DNA of 64,000 nt, from the NCBI GenBank assembly GCA_963841345.1, contig CAWJCK010000003.1, forward strand, positions 3,712,342 through 3,776,341, written 5' to 3'. This DNA comes from an uncultured Acidobacteriaceae bacterium (GTDB taxonomy: Bacteria; Acidobacteriota; Terriglobia; Terriglobales; Acidobacteriaceae). The number at the start of each line of letters is the position of its first letter. Within the stretch, counting starts at the first letter, position 1. Under the pieces are notes generated by a model. That model had not been told where the DNA came from, did no database searches, and saw only the letters and a program-made list of their open reading frames with translations. Below, in pieces: positions 38,659 to 50,818 of the stretch. The position numbers and the translations under genes are program-made.

Positions 38659-40446
38659 TCAGCGTTTGCGAAGAATCTGGGTTTCCATTGGCTGGAGCGT
38701 CGCTACGACGATGTTGACAGGGCCGCTTCCCTGGGTGCCGTCGACTTCATTGATGGTAACGGCGCCCCCCGCGAGCTGGCTTACAGGCGACGGAACAGCC
38801 GGAGCTGGCTGGTTGCTGTACAGCACAGCAAAATTGTCACCGGGAGCGCTGAGGCTCGAATCGATGATGACCGACACGGTCTGTGCGGCGGTGGTGCTGA
38901 AGTTGGCGACGGTCAGGACCTCCTGGTCGTTGAGGATACGTGAAAAAGCGACTACGCCCGGACTGAAGCTGGAGATGCCAAAGGTACGCTGGTCGCCGGA
39001 GATCGGTCGAAAGTAGAAGCGTCCATAGCGGAGAGCGGCCTGGGCGGCACGGACAGTGGCCATGGCCTGGATTTGTTGGTAGAAGGGGTTGGTCCGATCA
39101 AAGGCGCCCGGGGCTCCCCATAGCGCTTCGCGCACGGCCGGGTCAGGGCCCGCGCCGTGGAGGCCCTTCTCGGTCCCGTAATAGATGCAGGGGATTCCGG
39201 GGAGCGCAAGAAGACATGCCAGGCCCGCCGTCACCTGGTTGTCGAAGATGGGGATGCCATCAGCCGGAATGAAGCGAATGCGGGCATGATTATCGTGGTT
39301 GTCCACAAAAGTTACGAAGTAGCGAGTGGCATCGCCATGCGAACTAAGGACGGTCTGCTCGATCATCTTGCGCAGGTGGTACATGCTCACCAGGGCTTGC
39401 GGAGCGGCGGAACCTTTGATGAGCGGCACGATGTTGTTAAAGAGCGGATAATCGAGAGCTGCGTCGACGCCCACCATGTCGCCCTGATCGGAGGTGTTCT
39501 TGCCGATAAAGCGGGCGATGTCGCTTTCTTCGTTGCCGTCGAGCACCTCACCGAAGGTGAAGAAGTTCTTCTTGCCGATGCTCAGGGCAAACTCGCGCAT
39601 GGAGTTACCGAAAATTTGGGCCAGGTCTCCTTTGAGATAGCGAAGGGTGTCGATGCGGAAGCCGTCGATGTCATACCGGGCGATGACGTATTGATAGGCG
39701 CGGATGAGGAAGTTCTGAACATCGGTTTCCCATGTGGACAGCTGCTTGAATGGAGCGAAATCCCCTATAGTGTCGTCGCCCCCTGAGGCCGGACTGCCCT
39801 GGCGCCGGAAGTACTCGTTTTGCTGAAATTCGACCGGCCAGACGAGTTCGTCCGGCGCCGGGTTTGGCACAGCCGCCGGACTTGTAAATGCCGGCACCGC
39901 ATTGCCGGCGGCGTCCCGCCACTGCACATCCATGCGGTTATCGCTGTACGGGACACCGCTGTCGCCATTAGGGGCGTAGCCGAAGACATCCGCGGTGTGG
40001 TTAAGGACGATATCGAAGATGACGTAGAGCCCTGCTGCGTGCGCTGCATCGACCAGAGCGCGCAGCTCCTGATCGGCGTTGGCTGGGACGTCGGCAAAGA
40101 AGGGATTGGCGCGGAGGAAGTCCTGAATGCCGTAGCCGTGATACGAACCTTGATCGAAACTGGCGTTCTTCAGTACTGGGCTAAGCCATATCGCGCCGGC
40201 GCCGAGACCCTTGATATAGGAAAGCTGTTGTTGGGTGCCGGAAAACTTGCCGCCTTGATACTGGAAGCAATTGGGATCGTCGAAGGGCGGGTGAAGAGGG
40301 GGAGCAGCCGGGTTATTGAAACGATCAACCATAAGGAAGTAGATCCACTCATCACGCCAATCGGCAGGAGAAGGAAAGGCTTGTTGGGCAGAGGTTGCAG
40401 CATCCAGAACAGCCTGAAAGTCAGGTGCAAAGAGGGAAGTCGGCAT
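38659..40446 (-). CDS. GH13 alpha-amylase-family glycoside hydrolase
   Basis: IYFLMVDRF, DIVLNH, DGFRIDT, TFGEV, FVDNHD, PCIYYGTE. Confidence 0.92.
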   Translation of the reverse strand: MPTSLFAPDFQAVLDAATSAQQAFPSPADWRDEWIYFLMVDRFNNPAAPPLHPPFDDPNCFQYQGGKFSGTQQQLSYIKGLGAGAIWLSPVLKNASFDQGSYHGYGIQDFLRANPFFADVPANADQELRALVDAAHAAGLYVIFDIVLNHTADVFGYAPNGDSGVPYSDNRMDVQWRDAAGNAVPAFTSPAAVPNPAPDELVWPVEFQQNEYFRRQGSPASGGDDTIGDFAPFKQLSTWETDVQNFLIRAYQYVIARYDIDGFRIDTLRYLKGDLAQIFGNSMREFALSIGKKNFFTFGEVLDGNEESDIARFIGKNTSDQGDMVGVDAALDYPLFNNIVPLIKGSAAPQALVSMYHLRKMIEQTVLSSHGDATRYFVTFVDNHDNHARIRFIPADGIPIFDNQVTAGLACLLALPGIPCIYYGTEKGLHGAGPDPAVREALWGAPGAFDRTNPFYQQIQAMATVRAAQAALRYGRFYFRPISGDQRTFGISSFSPGVVAFSRILNDQEVLTVANFSTTAAQTVSVIIDSSLSAPGDNFAVLYSNQPAPAVPSPVSQLAGGAVTINEVDGTQGSGPVNIVVATLQPMETQILRKR

Positions 40447-40675
40447 GATGCTCTCCTGTTCAGCTCAATCGAGAAAGCTGCGATGGATAGCTATAAATAC
40501 CACAGTAACGCTATCGCCTCTGCTGAGGATGGCTACAAATCGGTCAATTTTGACGTAACGGTACGGCAGTTTGATTCTCCCTGCTACCTGTGGGCACCCA
40601 ACAAATCGAGCCTCGGATCCTCAGATCGACCTCCTTGCCCGCGCCGGCCGGCTCCTTCGTAGCTATTCTCGACGG

Positions 40676-40860
40676 TCAGCCGCGAAGAATGGCAGCTCCG
40701 AAGGGAGCGCCCGTCAGCCCGCCATCCACCATCAGCTCGACCGCGTTGATGTACGACGAAGCGTCGGAGGCCAGGAAAAGCACTGCCTTGGCCAGCTCTT
40801 CTGGCTCACCCTTACGGGCAAGCGGAATCGTGGAAGAGAAGAAGTCAGAAGCTTTGCCGA
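40676..40860 (-). pseudogene. C-terminal remnant of an SDR oxidoreductase
   Basis: Manual translation: [38 protein letters not shown]. Confidence 0.75.
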
Positions 40861-40985
40861 TTCTTCTTGAGCGGCATTAGCGCGCGGCCCGCGCTTCCAG
40901 ATGCGAGTCTTCGTCGCTCCCGGCCGGGCCACCTACGGTTCTAAGCGGTCGCAGTCTTCTCCAACAATTCCGGCCGCAACAACTC

Positions 40986-41038
40986 TCTTGACACGATGGA
41001 AACCTTTTGGTTACGTTAATAGAAACCTTATGGTTTCC
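40986..41038 (+). promoter_or_regulatory. Promoter with tandem ArsR-type operators
   Basis: TTGACA followed by GAAACC-TTTT-GGTTAC and GAAACC-TTAT-GGTTTC just before the ArsR ATG. Confidence 0.65.
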
Positions 41039-41359
41039 ATGAACCGCAGGCAACAAAACGCTGTGTTCCGGGCCCTCGCCGATCCCACCCGCCGCGACAT
41101 CCTGGGAATCCTCTCCTCCGGCGACCAGACCGTCGGCGCCATCGCGGGAAATTTCCGCATGAGCCGGCCGGCCGTCTCCAAACACCTTCGTTCACTGCGC
41201 TCGGCCGGACTGGTCACGACCCACAAGCAAGGCACGACCACCGTCTGCGGTCTTAACCCCAAACCCCTGCGCGCCGTCGACGACTGGCTCCAGGATTATC
41301 AAGCCTTCTGGAACCACTCTCTGCAAAGACTCAAGAAATACCTGGAGGAACCAAAATGA
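41039..41359 (+). CDS. ArsR/SmtB-family regulator
   Basis: VFRALADPTRRDIL, MSRPAVSKHL. Confidence 0.9.
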   Translation: MNRRQQNAVFRALADPTRRDILGILSSGDQTVGAIAGNFRMSRPAVSKHLRSLRSAGLVTTHKQGTTTVCGLNPKPLRAVDDWLQDYQAFWNHSLQRLKKYLEEPK

Positions 41360-41835
41360 ATGCGGCAACCTTAAGTTCAGACGCGATCGTTGAGGAAGTC
41401 ACGATCAATGCTTCGGCCGAGCGCATTTTCGACGCGCTCACCAACCCGACAGAGCTCCTGAAATGGTGGGGTTGCGAAGGCAAGTTTCAGGCAGTCCGGG
41501 TTGAGTGCGAGCTGCGCCCCGGAGGCCGATGGCTGATCGTCTCCGAGGGCAACTGCGCCGGCGGCAAGACTTCGCGCGTCACCGGGCAGTATCGCGAGAT
41601 CGACCGGCCCCGCCTGCTCACCTTCACCTGGGTCCGCGACGAAGAGGACGGCATCGAAACGCTGGTCCGTTGGGAACTGGACGAGCGACAAGGAGTCACC
41701 ACGGTGCGCCTCACCCACTCCGGCCTCAGCACTGAATCCTTGCGCGCCCGCAACGACGGCTGGCCGCTGATTCTCAGCCTGCTCCATGGATACGTTGAGC
41801 AGCCGGACTTGAGCCCGCGAGAGGCAGGCGCATAA
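41356..41835 (+). CDS. SRPBCC/AHSA1-domain protein
   Basis: INASAERIFDALT, KWWG, LTFTW, TVRLTHSG, GW. Confidence 0.9.
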   Translation: MNAATLSSDAIVEEVTINASAERIFDALTNPTELLKWWGCEGKFQAVRVECELRPGGRWLIVSEGNCAGGKTSRVTGQYREIDRPRLLTFTWVRDEEDGIETLVRWELDERQGVTTVRLTHSGLSTESLRARNDGWPLILSLLHGYVEQPDLSPREAGA

Positions 41836-41979
41836 TTGAACGCCATGCGGACCCGAGGTGCAATTGCCCGCAAGAACGACCGGGCCGGACAAGCCGGCCC
41901 GCATGGAACACCTGTCCGCCGCATCCATCGCCACGTCGCGCACTACGATCAAGCTGGCTGGTCTGCTAAAGTCGTCGTC

Positions 41980-43233
41980 ATGTCCGAGCAGCCCACAGAG
42001 CAGATACGCGAATTGCTCGACTCCCTCTATCGCGCGGATTCGGGACGGATTCTGGCAACCCTGGTCCGCTTGCTCGGTGATCTTGATCTTGCCGAAGAGG
42101 CGATGCACGAAGCCTTCGCAACTGCTCTAAGCTTGTGGCCGCAGAATGGCGTACCGGATAACCCGCGACCATGGTTGATTTCAACGGGCCGATTCAAAGC
42201 CATTGATACCCTGCGCCGACGGGCGCGATTTGACGCCTCTCAAGACGAACTCGCCCGATATCTGGAGGCCCAGTGGAATTCGGCGGAGAAATCGAATGAA
42301 GAGGACAGCGTCGAGGATGACCGCCTGCGCCTGATTTTTATCTGCTGCCATCCATCTCTACCGGCGGACGCGCGCGTTGCGCTCACCTTGCGCGAGGTGT
42401 GCGGGCTCACAACCGAGGAGATAGCAAAGGCCTTCCTCACCACTCCGCGCACGCTGGCGCAGCGCATTGTGCGCGCGAAGGCAAAGATTCGAGAGACACG
42501 GATTCCCTACGAAGTGCCGTCGCCGCAGGAGTTGCCGGAGCGACTCGGCGCGGTGCTTCAGGTCATCTATCTTGTCTTTAACGAGGGCTATTCAGCTGCG
42601 GCGGGAGCGGCGGTAACCCGGGCCGAGCTGACCGGCGAGGCGATTCGGCTGGGACGATTAGTGACCGAACTCCAACCAGAGCCCGAGGTAATTGGCCTGC
42701 TTTCCCTGATGTTGCTCCAGGAATCCCGGCGCGCCGCGAGAACCTCTCCGGCCGGAGAGCTGATTCTGATCGAGAATCAGGACCGCTCGCTCTGGAATCG
42801 GGAGCAGATCGCCGAGGGAGTGGCATTGGTGGAGAGAGCCCTGAACTCCCGCCGCTTCGGCCCTTACACGCTACAGGCTGCGATTGCCGCCGTTCATGCT
42901 GAAGCAGAATCGTTCGCTGTAACCGACTGGCGGCAGATTGTCGCGCTTTACAACCAACTGGCGCGAATTCAACCGTCGCCGGTTGTAGAGCTAAATCGTG
43001 CCGTAGCAATCGCAATGTGCGATGGTCCACAGGCCGGTCTGGCGCATATCGACGCAGTGTTGGAACATGGCGAATTGGCAAATTACTACCTGGCCCACTC
43101 CGCCCGTGCAGATATGTACCGCAGGCTCGGCAGGCCCGCTGAGGCACGATCAGCTTATGAGAAAGCCCTGGCGCTGACCCAACAGGAACCGGAAAGGCAA
43201 TTCCTTCAGGAGCGGATTCGCCAGCTGAAATAG
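41980..43233 (+). CDS. ECF sigma factor with C-terminal TPR extension (ECF42 type)
   Basis: DLAEEAMHEAF, DDRLRLIFICCHP, REVCGLTTEEIA, QDRSLW, GPYTLQAAIAA; adjacent YciI genes. Confidence 0.9.
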   Translation: MSEQPTEQIRELLDSLYRADSGRILATLVRLLGDLDLAEEAMHEAFATALSLWPQNGVPDNPRPWLISTGRFKAIDTLRRRARFDASQDELARYLEAQWNSAEKSNEEDSVEDDRLRLIFICCHPSLPADARVALTLREVCGLTTEEIAKAFLTTPRTLAQRIVRAKAKIRETRIPYEVPSPQELPERLGAVLQVIYLVFNEGYSAAAGAAVTRAELTGEAIRLGRLVTELQPEPEVIGLLSLMLLQESRRAARTSPAGELILIENQDRSLWNREQIAEGVALVERALNSRRFGPYTLQAAIAAVHAEAESFAVTDWRQIVALYNQLARIQPSPVVELNRAVAIAMCDGPQAGLAHIDAVLEHGELANYYLAHSARADMYRRLGRPAEARSAYEKALALTQQEPERQFLQERIRQLK

Positions 43234-43266
43234 AAAAATAAGCAACTGTCAAAAAAAAGAGTGACC

Positions 43267-43296
43267 TGTCGAATTCCGGTAGGGCCGTTCGACTAT
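43267..43296 (+). promoter_or_regulatory. Putative ECF42 target promoter 1
   Basis: TGTCGA-17 nt-CGACTAT upstream of the first yciI. Confidence 0.7.
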
Positions 43297-43345
43297 GTGG
43301 TGAAGGCCGAGAAACCGGCCCCACAACACTCAAGGAGAGAACACC

Positions 43346-43774
43346 ATGCGCTTCATGATGATCATGTTTCCGAAAGTTTACGAAACCGCAAAACCCGGCT
43401 GGGTGCCCGACATGCAAAACATGGAGGCAATGGGCAAGTACAACGATGAATTAGGCAAAGCCGGCGTGCTGCTCGCCCTCGACGGCCTGACCCCGCCCGC
43501 AACCATGAGCGCGCGCGTCACCTTTAAGGACGGAAAATCGACGGTGACCGACGGCCCGTTTACCGAAGCGAAGGAAGTGGTCGGCGGCTACTGGATCATC
43601 GATGTGAAGTCGCGCGAAGAGGCGCTCGAATGGGCCTCGCGCATCCCCGGACAGGATAACGAAATGGTAGAAGTTCGCCGGATGTTTGACGCAACCGACT
43701 TCGATCCCGAGACCCAGAAGTATATCCAGGAGAGGTTCGGCGATGAGGTTGCCGCCGAGATGGGCATACAGTAA
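43346..43774 (+). CDS. YciI/DGPF-family protein
   Basis: VTDGPFTEAKEVVGGYWII, EVR. Confidence 0.9.
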   Translation: MRFMMIMFPKVYETAKPGWVPDMQNMEAMGKYNDELGKAGVLLALDGLTPPATMSARVTFKDGKSTVTDGPFTEAKEVVGGYWIIDVKSREEALEWASRIPGQDNEMVEVRRMFDATDFDPETQKYIQERFGDEVAAEMGIQ

Positions 43775-43791
43775 ATAAACTCTCCCCGCTT

Positions 43792-43821
43792 TGTCGATTT
43801 CGCGAAGCCTCGAACGACTAT
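43792..43821 (+). promoter_or_regulatory. Putative ECF42 target promoter 2
   Basis: TGTCGA-17 nt-CGACTAT upstream of the second yciI, identical boxes and spacing. Confidence 0.7.
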
Positions 43822-43906
43822 AGGACAAAAGAACGATGATCTACGGCTCCTGAAGAAACGGAAAATGGATCATCGGGAAGAAACACAAGAACCCAGGAGA
43901 AACGTC

Positions 43907-44275
43907 ATGCCGCAGTATTTGGTTTGTAACTACATGCCCGACAACTTCGACCCGTCCACCGTAACCGAGGCGATGATGGAAGAGATCCACGCGCTCAACC
44001 GCGAGATGATTGCTTCCGGCGTAAGGAAGTTCGCCTGTGGCATCGCGCCGCCAGCCAGCGCCAAGACGCTGCAGAAGCAGTCCGACGGCAAGGTGCTCGT
44101 CACCGACGGGCCGTACACCGAGACCAAGGAGCACATGGGCGGCTTCTGGATACTCGAATGCGCCAATATCGACGAGGCGCTGGCATGGGCAAAGAAAGGC
44201 GCAATCGCCTGCGATATACCAGGCGAGGTACGCGAACTTCTATTCTTCCCGGCGCCGGACGAAGCGACGAAATAG
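43907..44275 (+). CDS. YciI/DGPF-family protein
   Basis: VTDGPYTETKEHMGGFW. Confidence 0.9.
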   Translation: MPQYLVCNYMPDNFDPSTVTEAMMEEIHALNREMIASGVRKFACGIAPPASAKTLQKQSDGKVLVTDGPYTETKEHMGGFWILECANIDEALAWAKKGAIACDIPGEVRELLFFPAPDEATK

Positions 44276-44369
44276 TCTCAACGCCGCGACCTAGGAAGAT
44301 GCACCGTCTTGACCGAGCCGGCGCGAACCTGAGCAGCTGGCTCTAACCGGGAACAAGAGGAGAAGAAGA

Positions 44370-44771
44370 GTGAAATACATCTGTTTGGGATATTACCAAC
44401 CTGACAAGGTCGCAAACATGTCTGAGGACGAACGCAACGCCATGTTTGACGAGTGTTTCAGCTACGACGACAAACTGCGGAAGAACGGGCATTTTGCCGC
44501 TGGCGAAGCTCTTCAGCCCGCCAATACTGCAATGACCGTCTATTGGGAAAACGGAGAAGCTACAGTGACAGACGGCCCTTACACGGAAACGAAGGAGCAA
44601 CTGGGTGGAATTCTGGTGCTGGAAGCACGAGATTTGAATCATGCAATCCAGCTCATCTCACAACACCCTGGAATAAAGAATGGGCCGTTCGAGATACGTC
44701 CCGCGGGGGATTTAAACGAAATGATGAAGCAGAGCGAGAAACGACGGCTCTGTGGAAGAACCGCCACTTGA
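44370..44771 (+). CDS. YciI/DGPF-family protein
   Basis: VTDGPYTETKEQLGG, FEIRP. Confidence 0.9.
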   Translation: MKYICLGYYQPDKVANMSEDERNAMFDECFSYDDKLRKNGHFAAGEALQPANTAMTVYWENGEATVTDGPYTETKEQLGGILVLEARDLNHAIQLISQHPGIKNGPFEIRPAGDLNEMMKQSEKRRLCGRTAT

Positions 44772-44950
44772 CACCGACTTAACCTGTTGATATCAACGTA
44801 AACTATCAGCGATCCGAAAAGCAGGACCAAAGCCATCCAGCCTCCAGCGCTTAAACCGAGAAATGGCTAAAGAGATCGCGAGCGTCCCCATTCAAAATCG
44901 CCAAAACCGGCGGAGAACCCGCCGACAATGCTTAACATGGAGCACCCGGC

Positions 44951-47415
44951 ATGTCATTCCTTCACGATCTGAAAATTGCTGCACGTTCCCTGTCGCGGGC
45001 CCGTGCCCTGTGGATCACCGTGGCCCTCACCCTCGCCCTCGGCATCGGCGCCAACGCCGCCATCTTCAGCATCGTACGCGCCGTGCTGCTCGCCCCGCTC
45101 GCCAATCGTGACGAGAATCGCCTGCTCTACGTGCGCCAGAGCGCGCCCGGCATCGGCCAGGCGAACACCTCTTTTTCCGTGCCTGAAATTCAGGACATCA
45201 GCCACGGGCTCAAGACCATTAAAGAGATCGGCACCTTTTCCGAAAGCGACTTCAGCATGATCGGCCTCGGCTCACCGCGCGAACTCCACGGCGGCGTCGT
45301 CGACGGCAACTACTTCGAAGTGATGGGTCTGCGGCCGGTGCTGGGTCGCCTGCTCGGCCCCGCAGACGACGGCCCCAATGCCCCCGGCGCCATCGTGCTC
45401 ACCTATCGCTTCTGGCGCAACGGGATGCACTCCGATCCCAACGTACTTGGCAAAACCGTTCGGCTCGAAAGCTGCTGCGGCGCGCGCTCGGGCACCATCG
45501 TCGGCGTCCTCGAGCCGTCTGTCCCCTACCCCGTCGAAACCGAGATCATCGCCAACATCGTCACCAGCCCCCATCACCTCTCCGCCACCATGGTCACCGG
45601 CCGCGAACATCGCATGACCGAGGTCTTCGCCCGCCTCAACCCCGGCGCTACTCTCGACTCCGCGCGCGCCGAGCTCGGCACCGTCTACTCAGCCATGACC
45701 GCCGCGCATCCTGAGACCTATAAACCCAACGAGCACTACCAGATCAGCGTCACGCGCATGCACGACCAGATCAACTCGCGCGCCAACACCATTCTCTGGG
45801 TACTCTTCGCCGCCTCGGGCCTGCTCTTCGTCATCGCCTGCTCCAACGTCGCCAATCTCGTGCTCGCTCGCACGGTTCGCCGCGAAACCGAACTCGCCGT
45901 CCGCTCCGCCCTTGGCGCAAGCACAGCGGCCCTCCGCCGCTCCCTGCTCGCCGAGAGCGTCGTCCTCTGCGGCAGCGGAGCGCTCGCCGCCCTTATCCTC
46001 GCCGTACCCATGGTCACCGTGCTGGGCCACTATGCCCAGCGCTTTTCCGTCCGCGCCGAGGGCCTCACCCTCGACTTCACCATCGTCTGGATCGGCATCG
46101 CCCTCGCGCTCATCGCCGCCGTCTTCCTCGCCTTCGTTCCGCGCCTGCCTTCTGCCGATCCGAAGCATGGCATCAGCATGAGCGGCGGCTGGAACTCGCG
46201 TCACCGGATCCAGCAGTCGCCGCCTCCGCGTCTTCGCCGTCACCCAGATCACCGCCTCATTCCTACTCCTCGCCGGAGCCGGCGCGCTCCTGCGCACTCT
46301 CATGGTGCTCGAGCAGACCCGCCCGCCCTTCGACACCTCCCACGTGCTCGCCATCAACCTGCCGACAATGAACTATGGCCGCACCCCCGAACAGGTACAG
46401 GAGTTTTATCGAGAGGTGAAGCAACGCGTTGGCGCGATTCCCGGCGTCGAACACGTCTCCACCGGCTTCAGCGTTCCCTGGCGCGACTCCCAGGGAGCCG
46501 ACATCACCATGACCTTCGCCATGGACGGCGCCGCTCGCCAGAACGCTAACGACGACCTGCGCGCCAAATTCCGGACCAACTCCCCCGGCTATTTCGAGAC
46601 TCTGGGAGTTCCGCTTATCGCCGGCCGCGATTTTAGAGACACCGACAAAGAAGGCTCCGAACGCGTCGTGATCATCAGTCAAAGCGTCGCGCAGAAACTC
46701 TTCCCCGGCCAGGACCCGCTCAACCGTGAGATGCGCTGGACCGACCCCGTCGTGAAGTTCATCGGTATCAGCGATGGGCCGCGCCGCGTCGTCGGCGTCG
46801 TGCCTGATATCGACGATGAGAACATCATCCCCGAGCCGGGAATCACCATCTACCAGCCCTCCGACCAGGAAGGCTGGGAAAGCCGTCTCTTCGTTCGCAC
46901 CAAGGGCGATCCGTATTCGTTCGTGCCCATCATCACCCGCACCATCCACGACATGTCGGCGGAACAACCCGTCGAGCGCGCCAGCACACTCGAAGACATC
47001 CGCGCCGAGGTCCTCACCCCCGACCGCCTCAACGCGATCGTCTTCGGCGGATTCGCCGCCGTCGCTCTCTCCATCTCCGTCGTCGGCGTCGCCGGCGTTC
47101 TCGCCTTCTCCGTCAGCGGACGTACCCGCGAATTCGGCATCCGTCATGGCGCTTGGCGCGCAGCCGCGCAGCATTCTCACCGGGGTCCTCTCTGAGGGCC
47201 TCATCATCGCCAGCATCGGAGTCGGCGCCGGCATGGTAGTCGGCCTCGCCTTCGCCCGCGTCCTCAGCAAATACATCGGCGAGGTGCAACTGCCCGGCGT
47301 CCTGCTCTTTGTCGTTTCCGCCTTCGTAATCCTGGCTGCGGCGGTCATAGCATCAGCCGTCCCGGCAGCGCGGGCCGCGAAGGTTAACCCGGTAGAAGCC
47401 CTGCGTTCGGAGTAA
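44951..47415 (+). pseudogene. ADOP-type orphan ABC permease with two +1 frameshifts (~46190, ~47145)
   Basis: HDLKIAARSL, GIGANAAIFS, RETELAVRSALGA, RTREFGIR(M)ALGA, VNPVEALRSE across three frames. Confidence 0.85.
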
Positions 47416-47533
47416 AGTCAGCAAACGTGGGTTGCCCTCTCTTGAAGACAAGTCTTAGTCTTCAAGAGAGGGAGGATCAATCGCTCCAAACCGGAACTGT
47501 TGAAGCACCCTTCATTTAGCTTGCTGCCACCAA

Positions 47534-48544
47534 CTATTTCGCTTTCGCAGTATCCAACCGAAGAAACCGCGCCGCATTGTTATAAAGAATGTCCCGCTTC
47601 TGCTCCGGCGACAGGTAATCCGCATACTGGATAACGCCGATCGAGTACGCCATCAACTTCGGCCACTCCAACTGGTCGGTTCCAAACATGATGCGGTCTT
47701 CAAAGCCACCTTCGACTAGACGCTCGATGTAGCGGTTGACCTCTTTGAGCGGATAGCTCCAGATCAACCCGGCGACGTCCACATAAACGTGCGAGTCCGC
47801 CTGTAGCAGCGTGAGCATGTTATCGATCATCGGATAACCGGCATGCATCACCTGCACCCGCAACTTCGGGTGCTTCGCCAATAGCCCCTCCAACAGCAGC
47901 GGGTCCCCCATCGAGCCGCGGAACTTAGGCGAAGTGACGTTGGCGCGCCCCGATCCGCCCGTCCCCATGTGAATGGCAACCGGAATGTCGAGCTCCTCGG
48001 CCAGCGCGAAGTATTGATCGACCGAAGGATCGCTCGGCGACAGCCCCTCATATTGCAGGCCAATCTCGCCCATCACCTTAAAGCCGCCAGTGGTGAAGTC
48101 CTTCCGCAACTCATCCAGCGGAACCCGCGCACCCGCATTTCCGCTGAACGCCGTGCCCGGAATCACCCGACCCGGAGCGGCATCTTTCCACTTCTGCACG
48201 CTCGTTGGATCGCCGAAGACAACCGCCGTCACGTTAAGGCGCTCCATCTCCGCGACCACGTCCTTGATGTATTCGCCTTTGGCGGCCGGGTAAAGTTTGG
48301 GCGTGCACTCCTCCTGGCTCCAGCCGGAGAAACCCTCCTTCGTGCTCGGATCAGACGCCAGAAACTTCGACTCGTTCGGGCACATCGGTCCCCCCGGAAA
48401 CGACTCGTCCATGGCATGAACGTGAACATCGAGCACCGGAGGGACTGTGTTGCTCGTGTTTTGTGCCGATGAGAAGTTACAGCAGAGTGCGAACGCAATC
48501 GCCGACGGGAACGAAAGCGTCACTTTTTGGAAGTGATGCGGCAT
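47534..48544 (-). CDS. Secreted amidohydrolase_2-family protein
   Basis: LDVHVH, VAIHMG, VMHAG, IMFGTD. Confidence 0.88.
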   Translation of the reverse strand: MPHHFQKVTLSFPSAIAFALCCNFSSAQNTSNTVPPVLDVHVHAMDESFPGGPMCPNESKFLASDPSTKEGFSGWSQEECTPKLYPAAKGEYIKDVVAEMERLNVTAVVFGDPTSVQKWKDAAPGRVIPGTAFSGNAGARVPLDELRKDFTTGGFKVMGEIGLQYEGLSPSDPSVDQYFALAEELDIPVAIHMGTGGSGRANVTSPKFRGSMGDPLLLEGLLAKHPKLRVQVMHAGYPMIDNMLTLLQADSHVYVDVAGLIWSYPLKEVNRYIERLVEGGFEDRIMFGTDQLEWPKLMAYSIGVIQYADYLSPEQKRDILYNNAARFLRLDTAKAK

Positions 48545-48593
48545 GGATGATCTCCTGTGCAGAGAATCATAACTGCGGAGAGCATTCGACGTT

Positions 48594-48992
48594 TCAATCC
48601 TTCCCGTATTGCTCATCGCTCACATGTTCGAGCCAGTCGACCACCTTGCCGTCGAGCTTCTCCTGGATCGCAATGTGCGTTACAGAGGTCGTCGGAGCAG
48701 CGCCATGCCAGTGCTTCTCACCCGGCGCGAACCAGACCACATCTCCAGGGCGAATCTCCTCGACCGGACCGCCCTCCCGCTGCGCTCGTCCGCACCCCGC
48801 GGTGACAATCAGCGTCTGCCCAAGAGGATGCGTATGCCACGCCGTCCGCGCACCCGGCTCAAAGGTTACGCTCGCGCCCTGCACAAACGCCGGGTCAGGC
48901 GTTTGAAATAGCGGATCGATGCGAACCGTCCCCGTGAACCAATCTGAAGGTCCCTTCGCGGACGCTTGTGTACCCGCTCTCTTGATATCCAT
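48594..48992 (-). CDS. Cupin-domain protein
   Basis: [37 protein letters not shown]. Confidence 0.92.
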   Translation of the reverse strand: MDIKRAGTQASAKGPSDWFTGTVRIDPLFQTPDPAFVQGASVTFEPGARTAWHTHPLGQTLIVTAGCGRAQREGGPVEEIRPGDVVWFAPGEKHWHGAAPTTSVTHIAIQEKLDGKVVDWLEHVSDEQYGKD

Positions 48993-49044
48993 GTGCTCTG
49001 CCCCTTAGTGCTGTGTGTGATGTGATTCGCCCGAAGTTGGTTCG

Positions 49045-49200
49045 ATCATGCAGCGGCCTGCCGCGGCATGATCTTTACCGTCGCTGAACGCGCCCGTGCG
49101 CCAATCATCGGCTTGAGATACGGACTGCTGTGGTACTTCGCCCGGTAGGCATCGTCGATGCGGTCGTTGATGGATCCTTCCGGTGACTCAAAGCTCACCC
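49045..49200 (-). pseudogene. C-terminal remnant of a DUF2255-like protein
   Basis: Manual translation: INDRIDDAYRAKYHSSPYLKPMIGARARSATVKIMPR. Confidence 0.55.
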
Positions 49201-49247
49201 TTTGCAGGACGGTACGGGGGATCATGAATTACCCTCATGGGCTATAG

Positions 49248-49493
49248 TTGTCCATGCCCAACAATACATGTGAACACTGCGGCGGTTCACAACTCATCAG
49301 CGGTCTCACTGTTTCTGCTTCTGGTGGTGGTGGTGACGTACGTCCCGGCCTCCTCTGCAAAGAGAAAGAGAAAGGCTTTTTCAAACGGTCCGAAAGGGAG
49401 AAACGGGAGACCCTTTTTGCCGACCTGTGCACCTCTTGCGGCACTGTAAAACGTTTATACGTGAAAGACCCGAAACGTGATTGGGTCGTATAA
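49248..49493 (+). CDS. Small zinc-ribbon protein
   Basis: CEHCGG...DLCTSCG. Confidence 0.6.
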   Translation: MSMPNNTCEHCGGSQLISGLTVSASGGGGDVRPGLLCKEKEKGFFKRSEREKRETLFADLCTSCGTVKRLYVKDPKRDWVV

Positions 49494-49748
49494 CTTTCAC
49501 GGTTTCAATCGGGACTGTCCCCGGCCCAATGGGCGCAAAGGACCTCTCTCGGCATGCCGGCGGCGATGATCTCCCCGCCTTCTGCTGGACCGCGGCCTGG
49601 TACCACCGAGAGCTCTGCCCGTTGTATCCGCGCAGCTTTGTTTTCAAAGGATATGTTCATGACAACATTCTCATTTCTCCGACGAATCGGGTATGCGGAC
49701 TTTGCCCGTCGGAGGGGTGCCGTCGCGCACGGACGCTCCGCTAAAAAG

Positions 49749-50771
<1,023 letters not shown>

Positions 50772-50818
50772 TCACGAACGATCCGCCCCACCGACAAGCA
50801 AGGCGGATCGTTCGTCAG

